Assembly (NCBI GenBank): GCA_046757665.1
Contig: JBHHYO010000031.1
Coordinates: 1 to 29,930 of the forward strand
Direction: 5' to 3'
Length of the DNA stretch: 29,930 bases
Source: Nitrospinales bacterium
GTDB taxonomy: Bacteria; Nitrospinota; Nitrospinia; Nitrospinales; JAJDAT01
The notes under the pieces are model-generated. The model saw only the letters and a list, made by a program, of their open reading frames with translations, was not told where the DNA came from and ran no database searches. The position numbers were made by a program, and so were the translations under genes. Within the stretch, counting starts at the first letter, position 1, and each line of letters opens with the position of its first letter. Below are positions 1 to 8,752 of the stretch, one piece after another.

Positions 1-93
1 ACTAGTCTGCGTTTCTTTCATGGCTGTTTTTGGCAAACCGGTCGTCGCAAGACGCGGCCCGGTTTGCCGTCTGAATTCAGGGAGGTGATTAAA

Positions 94-285
94 ATGAAAG
101 TTGGAGATACCATTAAATTTGATTTCTCCGGGAAAAAGAAACAGGGTGTGGTGCACAAACTTTTCCCCAACACGGTTTATCTTAAGGTGGATTTTGAAAA
201 GGACAAGGGGAAAATCGTCAAACGCAAGCGCAATGTCCTTGCGCCTCCAAAAGGCAAGAAATCCGCGGCCAAGAAAACGACCTAA
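94..285 (+). CDS. Small basic hypothetical protein, SH3/KOW-like beta-barrel pattern with Lys-rich tail (63 aa)
   Basis: GGAGGTGA RBS at 81-88 before ATG at 94. MKVGDTIKFDF..GVVHKL..NTVYLKV pattern resembles small SH3-like (YkvS/DUF2187-like) barrels. Confidence 0.8.
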   Translation: MKVGDTIKFDFSGKKKQGVVHKLFPNTVYLKVDFEKDKGKIVKRKRNVLAPPKGKKSAAKKTT

Positions 286-480
286 CCCGGTTACTGCATG
301 AGCCGATGATGCTGGTATGGAATGCAATGACTGGGCGGGCACTTTGCCGTAAAAACAAGCGCACGAAACAAGCCCGCCCCTGCACAGACTCGGGTTGGCA
401 AGCTACCGTCATGTTGCCCGCCGAAGCGTAAGGTCCGTGTGCGGATTTTAGCAATAAAGCAGAGGGAGGACCTTCGGTCC
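286..480 (+). ncRNA. Candidate structured RNA (3' UTR or independent sRNA), family not recognised
   Basis: Consecutive stems: 286-299/322-335, GGGCGGGC 333-340/GCCCGCCC 372-379, GCACA-GAC-TCGG 382-393/CCGA..GTC..TGTGC 421-442, GGAC-C(TTCG)G-TCC 468-480. No convincing ORF; bounded by a terminator. Confidence 0.4.
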
Positions 481-481
481 G

Positions 482-515
482 CCGGTTTCCTCGAGCGAGG
501 AAACCGGTTTTTTTT
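482..515 (+). terminator. Rho-independent terminator
   Basis: CCGGTTTCCTC-GAGC-GAGGAAACCGG perfect 11-bp stem followed by T8. Confidence 0.9.
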
Positions 516-537
516 GGACCGATTCCAGAAAGGGCTT

Positions 538-912
538 TCAGGAGCCTTCCTTTATAGGTGCGTGGGCGTTTAATATTCCCGATTGCAAAATATTCAAGTT
601 GCCGTGGGCGTTCGCCCGGGCGGCTTTAAAATGCATTGCGGCGGCGCCGTGTTCGCCTAGCTTGTCGAGGCACAGCGCTTCATTAAAGTGGCTTTCTCCT
701 ACCGCGCCGTCGATTTTTGAAGCCATCTGAAAATGCATCAAGGCACCTTCAAAATTGCCTTTATTCCATTCGGCGATGCCTTCGTTGTTATGCTTGTTGG
801 CCGAGGCGTTGGCTCCCGACGGCAACTGCATTGGCCCTTCTCCGCCGGCAAAGGCCGTTAACGCAAACAAAAGCAACCCAACCGCCGACAATACCGCAAA
901 AACTTTTTTCAT
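538..912 (-). CDS. Secreted tetratricopeptide-repeat protein
   Basis: AGGAGG RBS 7 nt before ATG 912. Signal peptide MKKVFAVL...TAFA; TPR-like helices (HNNEGIAEWNKGNFEGALMHF, ESHFNEALCLDKLGEHGAAAMHF). Confidence 0.8.
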   Translation of the reverse strand: MKKVFAVLSAVGLLLFALTAFAGGEGPMQLPSGANASANKHNNEGIAEWNKGNFEGALMHFQMASKIDGAVGESHFNEALCLDKLGEHGAAAMHFKAARANAHGNLNILQSGILNAHAPIKEGS

Positions 913-1089
913 CACAAGTCCTCCTAAGAAAGTGTGGAACCGGAGAAACGGATTATCTCTGCGAAGAACAACCAGTTGTTCTCCAAGTCATTGGAAATCA
1001 GTATAACCATACAAAAAAAAACCGGACTCTTCAAGCTCCTTTCAAACCGCTGTTTCCGTCGATAGAACCGCCGCCGCCCGCCGGGAACT

Positions 1090-1371
1090 TTACGTCGGTT
1101 GGCACGATCTTACAATGGCGTTGACGCCCGACAACAGGATCAGCAACAGGCCGATTTTCAGCGCCAGGCTGGTGACATATTTCTTATAGGCGGCGTCGAT
1201 CTTTTTTTCCAGTTCCGGCTCCGAGGTTGGGGTTGCCGAGTCCTCCGCATCCTCTGCGTCCGCGGCGAGATGCAGTTTTTCGGCCAACGCCGTTAAAGCT
1301 TTCCGTCTGGCGTCCGGATTCGGCAGTGTTTTAATCTCTTTTAGTCTTCCGGGAATCGATAATCTGTTCAT
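1090..1371 (-). CDS. Hypothetical protein with single C-terminal transmembrane helix (93 aa)
   Basis: ATG 1371 overlaps the msrP stop (ATGA coupling). Hydrophobic C-terminal segment LALKIGLLLILLSGVNAIV. Confidence 0.65.
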   Translation of the reverse strand: MNRLSIPGRLKEIKTLPNPDARRKALTALAEKLHLAADAEDAEDSATPTSEPELEKKIDAAYKKYVTSLALKIGLLLILLSGVNAIVRSCQPT

Positions 1372-2366
1372 GGGGTTGAAGCGTAAAGGGAAGACACCCA
1401 TTCGCCGTAACCGTTAAATTTTTGAGTGGGGTAAACTTCTCCCGTGCCGATCATTTTTTCGAATTTTTGCGACCAACGCGGATGGGGTGTGTCCGGGTCG
1501 ACATTGGATACAAACCCATACTCGTGCGGTACAAGGGTGTTCCAGAAAGTGCTGGGTTGAGTTTCGACGAACTCGATCCTGGTAATAGATTTGATACTCT
1601 TGTATCCGTATTTCCAAGGCGTTACGAGCCGGATAGGGGCTCCATGCTGTGCCGGTTGCATGTGACCGTAAATCCCTGTTGAAAGAAAAGTCAACTCGTT
1701 CATGGCTTCGGCCAGGGTCAAACCCTCGGTGTAGGGCCATGGCAGGCGGGAGTTGTTTTTTTGCCCGGGGGCCACCTCCGGGTCCAGGAAACTGACGAAT
1801 CGCACGTATTTCGCCTTGTGCGTCGGCCGGACCTTGTCGATCAACGCTTTCATGGAAAAGCCGTTCCAGGGCACTACCATGGCCCAGCGTTCGACACAGC
1901 GGTGCCGGTAAACTCTTTCCTCGATGGGCATGGAACGGATCAAGTCGTCGATCTCATAAACCGCGGCGTTTTCCACATGGCCGGTGATTTCCAGTTGCCA
2001 GGGCCGCGGTTTGAATTGTTCCACCAGTTTCCAAACCCCGTCCTTGACCGAGGTGAATTCGTAGAAATTATTATAGGTGAGCGCCCCCTCCTCGTCGGAG
2101 ATGGGCCGCTTGACAGTGTAGGCGGCATTGCGCTTGAGGTTGTCGATCTTTTGAAAATCCGTCCTCAATTCTTTTTCTTCAAAAAAATCGTCCAGGTTGA
2201 AAAACCGGGTCGCCGACCACGCCGGGGAGGTGTAAAATGCTCCCGCGATCCCCATGCCGGCGACGCCCAGGACTTTTAAAAACTCGCGGCGATTGTGATA
2301 AACCGATTCCGGTGTGATTTGCCGCTCCGGAGTCCGCCATTTTTGGGGAAGAATTATTGAAGCCAT
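1368..2366 (-). CDS. msrP: Protein-methionine-sulfoxide reductase catalytic subunit MsrP (YedY), molybdopterin enzyme
   Basis: ITPESVYHNRREFLK Tat signal, YNNFYEF, YRHRCVERW (Mo-ligand Cys), HGAPIRLVTPWKYGYKSIKSI, HPRWSQ, FNGYG. Confidence 0.95.
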   Translation of the reverse strand: MASIILPQKWRTPERQITPESVYHNRREFLKVLGVAGMGIAGAFYTSPAWSATRFFNLDDFFEEKELRTDFQKIDNLKRNAAYTVKRPISDEEGALTYNNFYEFTSVKDGVWKLVEQFKPRPWQLEITGHVENAAVYEIDDLIRSMPIEERVYRHRCVERWAMVVPWNGFSMKALIDKVRPTHKAKYVRFVSFLDPEVAPGQKNNSRLPWPYTEGLTLAEAMNELTFLSTGIYGHMQPAQHGAPIRLVTPWKYGYKSIKSITRIEFVETQPSTFWNTLVPHEYGFVSNVDPDTPHPRWSQKFEKMIGTGEVYPTQKFNGYGEWVSSLYASTP

Positions 2367-2533
2367 GGAATGCTCCCTTCATATAGATAAAGCCACCATG
2401 ACCCATGTTCTGGAGCATGGATTGAATTTCCCCAAAACGGAGAAAAGGAAAAACCAAAGTCATGCGTTATTGAGATAGAATACCATTTTATCTTAAGTCC
2501 GATCAAGAATGACAAACAATGAGGAACGCTCCA

Positions 2534-3874
2534 ATGGATGAACTGAAGCTTGACGATTTTATGAAGGGCTTGATTCGCAGAAACCCCGGTGAGACCGAAT
2601 TTCATGAAGCCGTGCGCGAAGTCGCCCAATCGGTGATCCCCTTTATCAACGAACGCCCCAAATACCGGGAAACCTGTATCCTGGAAAGAATGACCGAACC
2701 CGATCGTATCATTATTTTCCGGGTGTGCTGGGAAGACGATCGGGGAAACATCCGCACCAACCGCGGTTACCGGATCCAGTTCAACAACGCCATCGGCCCT
2801 TACAAGGGTGGGTTGAGGTTTCATCCTACGGTGACTTTAAGTGTCCTCAAATTCCTGGGGTTTGAGCAAACCTTCAAAAACAGTTTGACCACACTGCCCA
2901 TGGGAGCCAGCAAGGGAGGAGCGAATTTCAATCCCAAAGGCAAGTCCGAGCGGGAAGTCATGCGGTTTTGCCAGGCGTTTATGACGGAATTGTCCAAACA
3001 TATCGGCGAGCATATTGATGTCCCGGCGGGCGATATCGGCGTGGGTGAGCGGGAAATCAGTTTTATGTTCGGACAATACAAGCGGCTGAAAAATGAATTT
3101 ACCGGCGCGCTGACCGGAAAAGCTCTGGAATTCGGCGGTAGCCTGATCCGCAAGGAAGCCACCGGCTACGGTTGCGCGTACTTTATGGAGGAGATGCTGA
3201 ATCATATCGGCGATTCGATTGAGGGAAAAACCTGCATCGTTTCCGGCTCGGGCAACGTGGCTCAATACTGTGCTCAGAAAATCATGACATTGGGCGGGAA
3301 AGTGGTCACCATGTCAGACTCCGGAGGCTATATCTACGATGCCGACGGCCTGAATGAAGAGAAACTGGCGTTCATCCTCGACCTGAAAAACGTCCGGCGC
3401 GGCCGTATATCGGAGTTTGCCGAAAAATACGGTTGCGAGTATCATGCCGGGGAAAAACCCTGGAACGTACCGTGCGACCTCGCCTTCCCCTGCGCTACGC
3501 AGAATGAAATCGATGGAAACACCGCGCGCGCACTGGTTAAAAACGGTCTTAAAGCCATCGCCGAGGGGGCGAACATGCCCACTATGATTGACGGGATAAC
3601 CGCTTTCCAGGATGCCAAAATTCTGTTTGCCCCCGGCAAGGCCGCCAATGCGGGCGGGGTTGCGGTCTCCGGACTGGAAATGACGCAAAACAGCATCCGC
3701 CTGGTCTGGGGGCGCGAGGAAATCGAGGGCCGACTCAAGGAGATCATGCGCGAAATCCACCTGCAGTGCATCAAATATGGAGGCAAGGGGGATTACCACG
3801 ATTATGTGAAGGGCGCCAATATCGCCGGGTTTGCCAAAGTTGCAGACGCCATGCTGGCTTATGGAATCGTTTGA
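2534..3874 (+). CDS. gdhA: NADP-specific glutamate dehydrogenase
   Basis: GPYKGGLRFHP, FEQTFKNSLT, DVPAGDIGVG, EATGYG, GSGNVA, PGKAANAGGVAVSGLEM. GAGGA RBS before ATG 2534. Confidence 0.95.
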   Translation: MDELKLDDFMKGLIRRNPGETEFHEAVREVAQSVIPFINERPKYRETCILERMTEPDRIIIFRVCWEDDRGNIRTNRGYRIQFNNAIGPYKGGLRFHPTVTLSVLKFLGFEQTFKNSLTTLPMGASKGGANFNPKGKSEREVMRFCQAFMTELSKHIGEHIDVPAGDIGVGEREISFMFGQYKRLKNEFTGALTGKALEFGGSLIRKEATGYGCAYFMEEMLNHIGDSIEGKTCIVSGSGNVAQYCAQKIMTLGGKVVTMSDSGGYIYDADGLNEEKLAFILDLKNVRRGRISEFAEKYGCEYHAGEKPWNVPCDLAFPCATQNEIDGNTARALVKNGLKAIAEGANMPTMIDGITAFQDAKILFAPGKAANAGGVAVSGLEMTQNSIRLVWGREEIEGRLKEIMREIHLQCIKYGGKGDYHDYVKGANIAGFAKVADAMLAYGIV

Positions 3875-4002
3875 TCGCGGATGCCGTCCCTGAAATTTTT
3901 CCCGTCCTTTATCCGGTCTTGCCGTGACAACCGTAATATCGTATCCGCCGAGGGCAAGTGGCGGTTGGCGATAGGCCCCGACTCTTTCCCGGACGTGCTC
4001 AC

Positions 4003-5226
4003 ATGAAACTTGAATTGCACTGGCAAATACTGATCGCCATGGCCGCCGGCGCCGGATTCGCGCTTGTTTTGGGTGAGAACTCCCGTTTGGTGGAACCCTT
4101 GGGGACGGTCTTTTTCCGCCTTCTCAAAATGGTGGTGGTTCCCCTGGTTGTTTTTTCCATAACCGTCGGTGTGGCCGGCATCGGCAGTCCCAAAAACCTG
4201 GGACGCCTGGGGCTGAAAACCGTAAGTTACTATCTGGCCACCAGCCTGATCGCCATCTTGATCGGCCTGACGCTCGTTAATCTGGTAGAACCCGGAGCAA
4301 GCGCGGAACTGCAGGAAGGCCGCGCCGCCGTGTCTGCCGAAACCCTCAAAAAGCCCGCCTCGATCCAGGAGCAAATTCTGCGGATCATCCCTGTCAATCC
4401 CGTCGCCGCGGTCGCCGAAGGCGATATGCTGGCCATCATTTTCTTTTGCATGATCTTCGGCATGGCGCTGGCGCGGGGGCCGCGGGAAATCAGGGAAAAA
4501 CTGTTGCCGTTGATTGAGGCCGGATTCCAGATCATGATGCAATTGACGCATCTCATCATCAGGCTGGCTCCCTTCGGCGTGTTCGGTCTCATTGTAAAGA
4601 TGGTCAATCAAAACATGGGCGCCGGTTTTTTCAAGGCCGTGGGGCTTTATATGTTCACCATCGCCGCCGGTTTAACCCTCCATCTATTTGTTGTGTTGCC
4701 CCTGGTTTATTTTGTCTTTATGAGACGGAATCCGATGCGCCAGTTTTCCCGCATGGCCGGCGCCCTGGCGACCGTTTTTGCCACAAGTTCGTCTTTGGCC
4801 ACCCTGCCGGTGACCATGGAATGCGTCGAACGCAACGCGGGGGTTTCCAATAAAATCGCCGGATTCGTCCTGCCCATGGGGGCGACGGTCAACATGGACG
4901 GTACGGCCCTGTTTGAGTGCGTTGGGGTTTTGTTCATCGCTCAGGCTTTGGGTATCCCGCTGGGGATCGACCAGCAAATACTGGTTGTTGTGACTGCTCT
5001 TTTGGCGTCCATCGGCACCGCCGCCATTCCTTCCGCCGGTTTGGTGACGATATTTATTATTCTGGATGCCGTGGGGTTGCAAGGGCCGCTGGTTCCCCTG
5101 GTTGTGGGAACCATGCTTGCCGTGGACCGGCCTCTGGATATGTACCGCGGAATCGTTAACATTTTCAGCGATTCCGTGGGCGCGGTGATTATCGCCAAGT
5201 CCGAGGGAGAGGCTCTCAATTCGTAA
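4003..5226 (+). CDS. Dicarboxylate/amino acid:cation symporter (DAACS/SDF, GltP-like)
   Basis: FFRLLKMVVVPLV, ATSSSLATLP, LPMGATVNMDGTAL, ASIGTAAIPSAG, DRPLDMYR motifs; multiple TM helices; follows gdhA. Confidence 0.92.
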   Translation: MKLELHWQILIAMAAGAGFALVLGENSRLVEPLGTVFFRLLKMVVVPLVVFSITVGVAGIGSPKNLGRLGLKTVSYYLATSLIAILIGLTLVNLVEPGASAELQEGRAAVSAETLKKPASIQEQILRIIPVNPVAAVAEGDMLAIIFFCMIFGMALARGPREIREKLLPLIEAGFQIMMQLTHLIIRLAPFGVFGLIVKMVNQNMGAGFFKAVGLYMFTIAAGLTLHLFVVLPLVYFVFMRRNPMRQFSRMAGALATVFATSSSLATLPVTMECVERNAGVSNKIAGFVLPMGATVNMDGTALFECVGVLFIAQALGIPLGIDQQILVVVTALLASIGTAAIPSAGLVTIFIILDAVGLQGPLVPLVVGTMLAVDRPLDMYRGIVNIFSDSVGAVIIAKSEGEALNS

Positions 5227-5240
5227 GGATTATAAACCCC

Positions 5241-5285
5241 AAAAGAAAACCCCCCTCCCTCGGCTGTTGGGCCAAGGGAGGGGGG
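5241..5285 (-). terminator. Rho-independent terminator of the large cytochrome c gene
   Basis: Minus strand CCCCCCTCCCTTGGC-CCAACA-GCCGAGGGAGGGGGG then TTTTCTTTT; a G-U wobble supports the minus orientation. Confidence 0.85.
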
Positions 5286-5314
5286 CGGTAAAACTCAAGC
5301 GTTCAAGCTAAAGC

Positions 5315-8300
5315 TTACGGGGTCCGGGCGATCTGAAGATCGTCCGCGTCCAGGAACGCGCCACGTTCATCCGTGGAAAGATCTTCTTCAAGGTCGGACT
5401 CGTCAAGCTGGGGTTCCTCGGTCGAAGCAACAGCAACGTCCTTGGTCTCCACAGGCTTGTTCGCATAGTACACTTGCAACTCGTTGCGGTACGACAGGAC
5501 TTTGTCGAACAGGGCATCCGGCCAAACAGTAGCCGCCGCCAGCTGTTCTTTCGAGTCTTGCCCGTCCGCCGCAAGCAGGCGTTTGATCACGTGAACCGGC
5601 TTGCCGGTCTCGCTCGCTTCCCGCTGTGCGTTCATAACAAGAGCAACATCCGCCTTCGTGGCGGCAACCTTTTTGCCACGAACATAGGACCGCGAAATGT
5701 AAAAGAACGGGTCCTTCGGCGGTTTATGAGGCCAGGCAATACCGTTCTCGGCGCCGACGAATATCTTCTTGAATGGCGGACTCTGAATGTAGTCCACGAT
5801 TTTGTAGATTTCCTCGTCGGTCAGAACGGATTCCATCTCATCCTGGTTTCCCAGGCCCCATTCAGGCATCAACCGCGTGAAGCGGCCATTATGCGGAACC
5901 TCGAACATGTCGTCGCGGGTTCGCGCCAGGGAGTCACTGTCAAACGGGATCCCCGTGATGCCTTCACCGGTGTAGCCGTGGCAATGGGCGCAGTTCATCT
6001 CGAAGATCTGCTGACCTGTGAGATCCGATCCGCGCTTGAACGGCTTGGCCGGAGGCAGGATGCTGATGTTGCCGTCCCAGCGGAGGATAGGCTCGCGTTC
6101 TACCCAGCCTTCATCCTCGACCAGCGCTTCATAGTCCATATCCACAGGCAGGATCATGCCCTTGAGGGCCGGACGCGGAGTATAACCATACTTGATTTGT
6201 CCGCCCCAGCGCTCTGCACTGTGAAGCTCGCCGGGCAGGTCGTTGAAGGTCTCGTTCTGTCCCGGAGCTCCGAGATTGATCGCTACCTTGGTGGCGTTTA
6301 CCGGCGCGGTGCCGAAAGCGCCATGACCACAACCCAGCCAAGGTACGCCGTCATTGTCCCAGTCGCGGATTCCGCCGACGCACAGTCCCAACTCACCGCT
6401 CCGGTTTTCCTCGGACTGGATGATGTTGGTGAACATGAGTTGCTGAATCGCGTATCTCGGGAACTTGGCGATCAGCGGCTTGATCAGATGAATCGGCGTG
6501 CTGAACATGATCTCGCGCCACGCTCTCAACTGGAGAGCCATCTGCATCGACGTGAAAATGACGGTGTCGTCGCCCAGGCGACTGCGAAACACGCCGTGCT
6601 CCTCAACCCAGAAGTTCTTCCAGATGTAGTTCCAGGTCTTCCGGGCCGCCGCGGCATACTTGGGCTCGTCCAGAGTCGAGTACGCGGCAGTCAGCGCGAC
6701 GATGGCGGCGAAGTCCGCCTGGCTCCGGTCGCAAGCGCCCGACGGAGAACCGGAGACGTTGTACTCCATGCAGAAAGAACCGTCTGCTCCCTGAACGGAT
6801 AACAGCAGGTCGGCATTCTTCTTCATCAAGTCCCTGGCCCGTTTGGTGAGCTCCGGCTCAAAGTTTTCGATGTTCGGAGTCGCGATCAAAGCCAGCGGAT
6901 CCTGCATCCGGTTGTTGTACTCCCAGATGCCGATGAAGGCGAGAGCGACGTCTTCCATTTTGAAAGTGTCGCCAGTGCCAGGATTGTCGTAGCTCTTGAA
7001 CAGCCACCACTTGGTCTTGGCGGGTTTCCACTCGGATACCAGAATGCCGTTCTTGGTGTGCATCGCCTCGATGTTCTTGAACGCCATGTTGGCGACGTGG
7101 TGCGGAACGACGCCCAGGTCTTTTTCCATCAAGCCCCCGTCAACCGGCGGGTTGTCCGTGAACATTGACTGCATCCGGTAGGTGGACTGGAACAGATGCG
7201 TGGAGCCCCACAGTACGGCGGCCTGGTCGAAGAGCAGGCTACGGGGATCGTCAATCTCGTAGTTCCAGTTACGCACGTCAAGGTCGCCGGCCAGTACGCC
7301 GGGCGCATTGATGCGATGCGGGAAATACCGCAGACCCTGGGAAGGATCGTAGGTTGCCGGATTGATGCCGCCCATGTTGCCGTCCAGGTCGGCTACCAGG
7401 TTCGTTTTCAGAGCCAAAACCTGGTTGATGCGGGTCGTGGCCAAGGCGATGCCGCGGAAACCTTCTTCAGCGTCGTTGCCCTGCAACACGATGCGCTTGT
7501 TTTGCGTCGTCGGAGACGTGCCGGTGTGGGTGGCCTTCCACATGTAGTCAATCCACATGCTGGCGCGTTTCAGCATGATGCCGATACCGCCCATGTCGAT
7601 ATACTTGATCATGCCGTCGCGATCCCAGCGCCACTGGCGATTCTGGAAGAAATAGCCGGGGATTCCCCACTTGCCGTTTTTCAGGCTCTGCGGATCGTTG
7701 AACTCGTCCGCTACGGGAGTCGGTCCGATGAAATGCGGGTCGCCGCCTTCGTACTCCAGGTAGGCGGGCGCACCGTCATCCGGAAACCGCGGAATACCGG
7801 TCATTTTCCAGTACAGCGGAAAATAGTACGACAACAGCAAGTCCTTGTTGGAGATGAACCGCTCGCCGCGGTCGCGCTGTACTTTCTTGTAGTTGGTCAG
7901 CTCGATGGCTTTCATGGTCCAGTAAGGGCCATTGACCATGTTGATGCCGGAGTGGCTGGCGGCAAAACCGAAACCCAGGTTGTTGCGCGCACCCCAGTAC
8001 AACTGCTGGTTGGTGATCCAGATGAACCCCGGATTGTGGGCCAGCGGAAAGGCGGCGCGAACCATGTTGCTCAGGCCGGTCTGGCTGATCTCGAACTCTT
8101 CGTTGGCGGCCCACTGCGACCACTTCGGATAGAAGGTCCGGTCAATAACCTTGGCTTCCGGCAACTTGCTCATGTACGGGCTCAGGTCCGGCTGGAACGT
8201 GCCTTCCTTCAAGTGGATCATGCGCCCGTCCGCGTTGTTGATAAAGTACATTGCCGACGCCGTGGACACCATAAACAGCATCCCCACCATGGCAACGAGG

Positions 8301-8326
8301 ACTGCGTAAAGTTTTCCTTTACTCAT
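5315..8326 (-). CDS. Large secreted protein of unknown function (~1003 aa): uncharacterised N-terminal region, probable alpha-helical toroid (six-hairpin-like) region, C-terminal monoheme cytochrome c domain, acidic tail
   Basis: GGAGG RBS 8 nt before ATG 8326. Sec signal ending ASA; GQQIFEMNCAHCHGYTGEG (CxxCH at 5978-5992), LMPEW (candidate axial Met), LTDEEIYKIVDYI; helical repeats such as ADLLLSVQGADGSF and YAAAARKTWNYIWKNFW. Confidence 0.9.
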   Translation of the reverse strand: MSKGKLYAVLVAMVGMLFMVSTASAMYFINNADGRMIHLKEGTFQPDLSPYMSKLPEAKVIDRTFYPKWSQWAANEEFEISQTGLSNMVRAAFPLAHNPGFIWITNQQLYWGARNNLGFGFAASHSGINMVNGPYWTMKAIELTNYKKVQRDRGERFISNKDLLLSYYFPLYWKMTGIPRFPDDGAPAYLEYEGGDPHFIGPTPVADEFNDPQSLKNGKWGIPGYFFQNRQWRWDRDGMIKYIDMGGIGIMLKRASMWIDYMWKATHTGTSPTTQNKRIVLQGNDAEEGFRGIALATTRINQVLALKTNLVADLDGNMGGINPATYDPSQGLRYFPHRINAPGVLAGDLDVRNWNYEIDDPRSLLFDQAAVLWGSTHLFQSTYRMQSMFTDNPPVDGGLMEKDLGVVPHHVANMAFKNIEAMHTKNGILVSEWKPAKTKWWLFKSYDNPGTGDTFKMEDVALAFIGIWEYNNRMQDPLALIATPNIENFEPELTKRARDLMKKNADLLLSVQGADGSFCMEYNVSGSPSGACDRSQADFAAIVALTAAYSTLDEPKYAAAARKTWNYIWKNFWVEEHGVFRSRLGDDTVIFTSMQMALQLRAWREIMFSTPIHLIKPLIAKFPRYAIQQLMFTNIIQSEENRSGELGLCVGGIRDWDNDGVPWLGCGHGAFGTAPVNATKVAINLGAPGQNETFNDLPGELHSAERWGGQIKYGYTPRPALKGMILPVDMDYEALVEDEGWVEREPILRWDGNISILPPAKPFKRGSDLTGQQIFEMNCAHCHGYTGEGITGIPFDSDSLARTRDDMFEVPHNGRFTRLMPEWGLGNQDEMESVLTDEEIYKIVDYIQSPPFKKIFVGAENGIAWPHKPPKDPFFYISRSYVRGKKVAATKADVALVMNAQREASETGKPVHVIKRLLAADGQDSKEQLAAATVWPDALFDKVLSYRNELQVYYANKPVETKDVAVASTEEPQLDESDLEEDLSTDERGAFLDADDLQIARTP

Positions 8327-8587
8327 CGTTACACCCTCCATTGCGTTTCCCATGCGGCACGACTTCCATGCCGGAAAACAATTCGTTTATCGGGTTTTAT
8401 ATTTAAAGGAAAGTTGCGCCGGAATTTTGCGGGCCATCCTTTGACCCTTCGGGGTGACGCAACATCCTGGATATTCGCGGATCTCATTTCGGTAACTTCC
8501 CTCCAGTTGAGTGATAAATATAAGGTGAAAAGACCAAATAAAAAACCCTTCTAAATTCGATTCTTAAGTCGATTTTATTCGAATGTG

Positions 8588-8607
8588 TTGTCGTATTTAT
8601 ACGACAA
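8588..8607. promoter_or_regulatory. Perfect palindrome, probable transcription-factor operator upstream of the large cytochrome c gene
   Basis: TTGTCGTAT-TT-ATACGACAA (9-bp arms) in an AT-rich intergenic region. Confidence 0.6.
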
Positions 8608-8683
8608 TATGAGGACGCCATTTGTTCATCAAGCGGCGGGGAAGAAAAATCCTGTCCAACCATCTATTAATTAAGGAGTTATT

Positions 8684-8726
8684 AAACCAACCCCGCTCCC
8701 CAAGATGGCGGAAGCGGGGTTGGTTT
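8684..8726 (-). terminator. Stem-loop/terminator ending the oxidoreductase operon
   Basis: AAACCAACCCCGCT...AGCGGGGTTGGTTT 14-bp perfect arms about 27 nt past the stop at 8753; U tract is short. Confidence 0.7.
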
Positions 8727-8752
8727 CGGGGTGATGCAGACCCGACGGAGAA

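Noticed and set aside
306-431. 41-codon ORF MMLVWNAM...AEA inside the structured tract
   Set aside because: No RBS and no protein-like features; pairing potential explains the sequence better, though translation is not excluded.
1100-1116. TTGGCACG sigma54-like -24 element
   Set aside because: No GC at the -12 position, and it lies within a coding region.
5474-8554. Long plus-strand ORFs of 442 and 452 aa
   Set aside because: Antisense shadows of the codon-biased cytochrome gene; no RBS or recognisable motifs.
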